Shown here one piece after another: positions 60,028-64,000 of a stretch of 64,000 bases of DNA. Position 1 is the first letter of the stretch; every line of letters starts with the position of its first letter. Source of the stretch: an uncultured Candidatus Entotheonella sp. (lineage in GTDB: Bacteria > Tectomicrobia > Entotheonellia > Entotheonellales > Entotheonellaceae); the NCBI GenBank assembly GCA_965217185.1, contig OZ244252.1, positions 3,872,001 to 3,936,000 on the forward strand. Direction: 5' to 3'. The notes below the pieces were generated by a model. The model did not search any database and was not told where the DNA came from. It worked only from the letters and a program-made list of their open reading frames with translations. The position numbers and the translations under genes were made by a program.

Positions 60028-61072
60028 GTGGCGCGACGAGCGCGGCGTCGCCCTGGTGCTGACGCTGATTATCGTCGCGCTGGTGTCGGTGCTGGTGCTC
60101 GAATACCATTTCGAGGCGGCCGTCGAGTTGGATCTGGCAGACAATTACGGCAGCGACGTTCAGGCGTACCACGTGGCCATGTCCGGCATGCGCCTGGCCC
60201 AGGAGTTGCTGAGCTACGATAGCAGGCAGTCGGACGGCCCGCAGGACACTTGGCATCGCATCGGGCTTATTCCGGCCTGCATGCCGCCGCAGACGATCCT
60301 GATGTTGGCGATGGCCGACATGGCGGCGGGTTCGCTCGGCACCGGGTTGGCCGGACCGGAAATGGTGCCGGACGCCGAGGCCGCGCCAGGGCCCGACAAG
60401 GGCTGCGTCAGCCTGAAGATCCAGGTCGAAGAGGAACGGCTGCCGATCAACGCGCTCATGCCGGTTGGCCTCCCGGACAATGCCAGCGAGGCGCTGGCCG
60501 AAGAGGCGACGCGCATGCTGGAGGATTGGGAAATCGTCTTCGGGACGTTGTTCATCCAACTGGAAATCGATTCCGGGCTCCTCGACGCCCTGGCGGGCTG
60601 GCTCGAAGACAACGGCCCGATGCGGGCCGTCCGCGAGCTCAGCCTGGTGCCGGGATTCGACCCCGACGCCATGAACAAGCTGGCCCCGTTTATAACGGCC
60701 TACGGGAGCCCCCGGCTCGACGCCGATAAACTGGAATACCCAAAAGTGAACGTCAATACCGCCGGGCGTCAGGTGCTGCACACGCTCATCGACGGCCTGG
60801 CGGACGGCGCGGGGGACGTCACGGGCTACGTGGACGACATCATGGTGCTGCGCCAGGACAACCTGCTTCAGGAGCGGCAATTCGAAAGCACGAGCGAGTT
60901 GCAGGGCTATCTGCCCGCCGACGTTCAGGCGGTGTTTGACAAGTTCGCCACGGTCAAAGGCACGTACTTCACGATTACCTCCGTCGCCCGGGTGGAGGAT
61001 ATCGAAAAAACGGTCGTCGCCGTTCTGAGATCCGGCGACGGCGACGAACCGATCTATTTCAAGGTAGAGTGA
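60020..61072 (+). CDS. gspK: T2SS minor pseudopilin GspK
   Basis: ERGVALVLTL, INAL, ELSLVPG and VNVNTA motifs. Confidence 0.9.
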   Translation: MFRWRDERGVALVLTLIIVALVSVLVLEYHFEAAVELDLADNYGSDVQAYHVAMSGMRLAQELLSYDSRQSDGPQDTWHRIGLIPACMPPQTILMLAMADMAAGSLGTGLAGPEMVPDAEAAPGPDKGCVSLKIQVEEERLPINALMPVGLPDNASEALAEEATRMLEDWEIVFGTLFIQLEIDSGLLDALAGWLEDNGPMRAVRELSLVPGFDPDAMNKLAPFITAYGSPRLDADKLEYPKVNVNTAGRQVLHTLIDGLADGAGDVTGYVDDIMVLRQDNLLQERQFESTSELQGYLPADVQAVFDKFATVKGTYFTITSVARVEDIEKTVVAVLRSGDGDEPIYFKVE

Positions 61073-61965
61073 GGTTCCACATCGTGCGCCCTGGTCGCCT
61101 GATTCTCCGTGCGGCGCCGTACTTGGTGTACGGTGTGGTGGTTTTCGGCGTCTGCCTGTACGTCACCTTGCCGTACGACCTGCTGGCGCAATACGGCGTC
61201 GAGCATTGGGTTCCGCCGGGCGTGCAGATTCAGGCAACCGGGGTAAAGTCTCTCTTTCCGCCGGGCATGCAGGCGCAACGGGTGGCGGTGTCACTGGATG
61301 CGGCGGCAGGCTGGCAAGACATCGTGCAAGTCGCCGGGCTGCGGGTGCGGCCGAGTTGGCTGGCGCTGGCAACCGGCAGGCCGCAGGCCGAATTCAGCGC
61401 CGCCCTGTACGGCGGCCGGATAGAGGGTTACGTAAGCCGCAGGCGGGGCGAGAACGCGCCGGTGTGGGAGTTCCAGGTCACCTTCACCGACCTGGAGGTT
61501 GACCGCCATCCCCTGACGCAACGCGGTGCGGAAGCCTTTCTACGCGGCCGCTTCAGCGGCACGGTCAGTGCCCGCCTCGACGAACGCGGCCAGCTTCACG
61601 CCGCGTCGGTGGAATTGAACGCCGAGGAGTTGGTGTTTGCCGGACAGGTTCTGCAACTCCCGCTACAACAAGACATCGCTTGCGCCACCGCGCAGAGCGA
61701 AGCACAAGCGGCAACCGCCGACGCCGGCAACGTGTCGCTTTCCTGCAGCGGCGACGACCTCGATATCGCAGCGACCGGCACCGTGACCTGGCAGGGCTCG
61801 GTTCGCAACGCCGCGCTCGACCTGCGCTGGCAAGTTCGGTCGCAGGACCTCTACCGGCAGGAAGTCAATTTCCTGGGCGTCCTGGTCGGCCAGGAGCCCA
61901 ACGACGACGGCGAACTTTCGTTCCGCCTGTACGGTCCCTGGCAGCGCCTGCGCACGGGCGCTTAA
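61069..61965 (+). CDS. gspN: T2SS protein GspN-like
   Basis: N-terminal TM ending YVTLPY, LYGGRIEG, and a C-terminal L.G.W motif. Last gene of the gsp cluster. Confidence 0.7.
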   Translation: MRFHIVRPGRLILRAAPYLVYGVVVFGVCLYVTLPYDLLAQYGVEHWVPPGVQIQATGVKSLFPPGMQAQRVAVSLDAAAGWQDIVQVAGLRVRPSWLALATGRPQAEFSAALYGGRIEGYVSRRRGENAPVWEFQVTFTDLEVDRHPLTQRGAEAFLRGRFSGTVSARLDERGQLHAASVELNAEELVFAGQVLQLPLQQDIACATAQSEAQAATADAGNVSLSCSGDDLDIAATGTVTWQGSVRNAALDLRWQVRSQDLYRQEVNFLGVLVGQEPNDDGELSFRLYGPWQRLRTGA

Positions 61966-62057
61966 CCATCTTCGTCAAAACTGCTATGCCGTATAATAAG
62001 GCCTGATAACCTCAAAATAACAACATAAGGGGCCTCTTAACCTGTCAGGAGGGAGAC

Positions 62058-62545
62058 ATGGCCTACAGTGCTCGCACCGTGGCGAACTACTTAATCGAAG
62101 CAAAATCAAAGAAGGGTGGCACCCCGCCCACGCCGATGCAGCTTTTGAAGCTGGTTTACATTGCCCATGGCTGGAACCTTGCAATCAATGATCGTCCGCT
62201 GATCAATGATCGCATTGAAGCTTGGCGATATGGACCACAGTGATTCCGAAAATCTACCAAGACTTGAAAAAATGGGGCAATACACCTGTCAGAGAACTTC
62301 TACCGGCTCCTGCTTCAGAAGCAGGTAGCCTAGCGTCGGATGAGATGGCTGTTGTGGACGCAGTGCTAGATGCATATGGAAACCTCAGTGGCGTACAACT
62401 CTCCAACCTCACCCACGCATCTGGCACGCCATGGTACCAAGTGTATTACGATGAGAAACAAGACACGGGCGATGCTCAGATAGTTGACGATCGTATCAAA
62501 CAGCACTTTATTCGCTTGGCGAGTTCCAAAGCCCATGGCAAGTAG
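62058..62545 (+). pseudogene. Panacea/SocA (DUF4065) antitoxin, frameshifted
   Basis: MQLLKLVYIAHG, EAWRYGP[ca]VIP and LSNLTH..GTPW motifs. A 2-nt duplication lies near 62238. Confidence 0.85.
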
Positions 62546-63016
62546 CGAATGCAGCGCGGGCAACGATTCGAACATCGTGCCGGATAATGCCCACCCCACA
62601 CTTGAAAGCATTCGGGAATCAGGGGAGGTCCTGCAAGCTGACTCTGAACCCTCGGCAGGAGACGAGCGAATACTTCGTGAGGAGGGTCAGCGCCAGGAAT
62701 TTCAGGAGGCTCTGACCGATCAAACGAGGGCTCAAACCGAGCAAATACGCGACACAGGGAAGCTTCGTGAAAAATACGCTGAACGTGTCTACACGCTTCT
62801 GAAGTGGTGGGTGCGGGTTGCCGTTTTGCTGCTCGTTCTGGATGCTCTTGACCCTCCTTCAATTGTCAGGACACCCCCTGTATTGCTCGGTTTATTCCTG
62901 TGTTTGACGTCGAAAAACAGGCCATGCTCGCCTTCCTGGGCGGTACAACTGTCGCCGTAGTTGGCTTAGTCTTGGCAGTTGTGAAGGGGCTGTTCCCCGA
63001 CCCGACGAAGAACTGA
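62535..63016 (+). pseudogene. Two-TM partner (putative toxin) of Panacea, frameshifted near 62855
   Basis: LREKYAERVY plus a TM helix, then in a shifted frame MLAFLGGTTVAVVGLVLAVVKGLFP*. Confidence 0.65.
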
Positions 63017-63288
63017 GAAAACCACCAAATCACTACCAACATATGCAATTCCCAGCATTGGCTTACATATCATCTCATCATTGTCGAACGGCGACGAGAC
63101 ATTCTCGTTGAGCTTGGGGAACGCGCGTTCAGAGTCAGTCCCCCGGAATGGCGATTCGAGGCGTTGGTGGCGCAGAGTAAACTGTACATGGTGCTGACCA
63201 ATCTTGAGCTACTGTACTGTGACGTACAAACGATATTCCGGGAACAACCCGAAGCCGACCGCCCCAGGTGGTCGTTGTGGAGACGTAG

Positions 63289-64000
<712 letters not shown>

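Overview
GC-rich bacterial window. Sel1 repeats, dense toxin-antitoxin (TA) debris and short heptad proteins suggest a host-associated organism such as a sponge symbiont, but this is inference only. From 1 to 40.8 kb almost everything is on the minus strand. A MoxR/DUF58/vWA-BatA membrane operon is broken into three pieces by defence cargo: a DUF262 pseudogene, a KAP NTPase, a Type IIG/ISP-like restriction-modification (RM) enzyme, several TA pairs and relics, an HtrC/YjaZ-like gene facing a putative ~120-nt sRNA, and a DUF499/DUF1156/PLD-SNF2 restriction-like system. That system carries internal cargo: AAA+DUF3226, a PRTase, and an HNH-helical repeat-PIN-like giant with a partner. From 41 to 49.5 kb are metabolic and envelope genes. 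From 50 to 55.6 kb are HigBA, a Sel1 pseudogene and a nest of mobile elements: IS5 inside an IS701-like element, abutting two ORF-deleted group II introns (one inside the other) that interrupt another IS transposase. From 55.7 to 64 kb are a GT2-GtrA pseudogene, a PHP hydrolase, gspGHIJK-N, a decayed Panacea TA pair and the 5' part of alaS. No rRNA, tRNA or CRISPR array was seen. All family calls come from motif recognition by eye, with no database searches.
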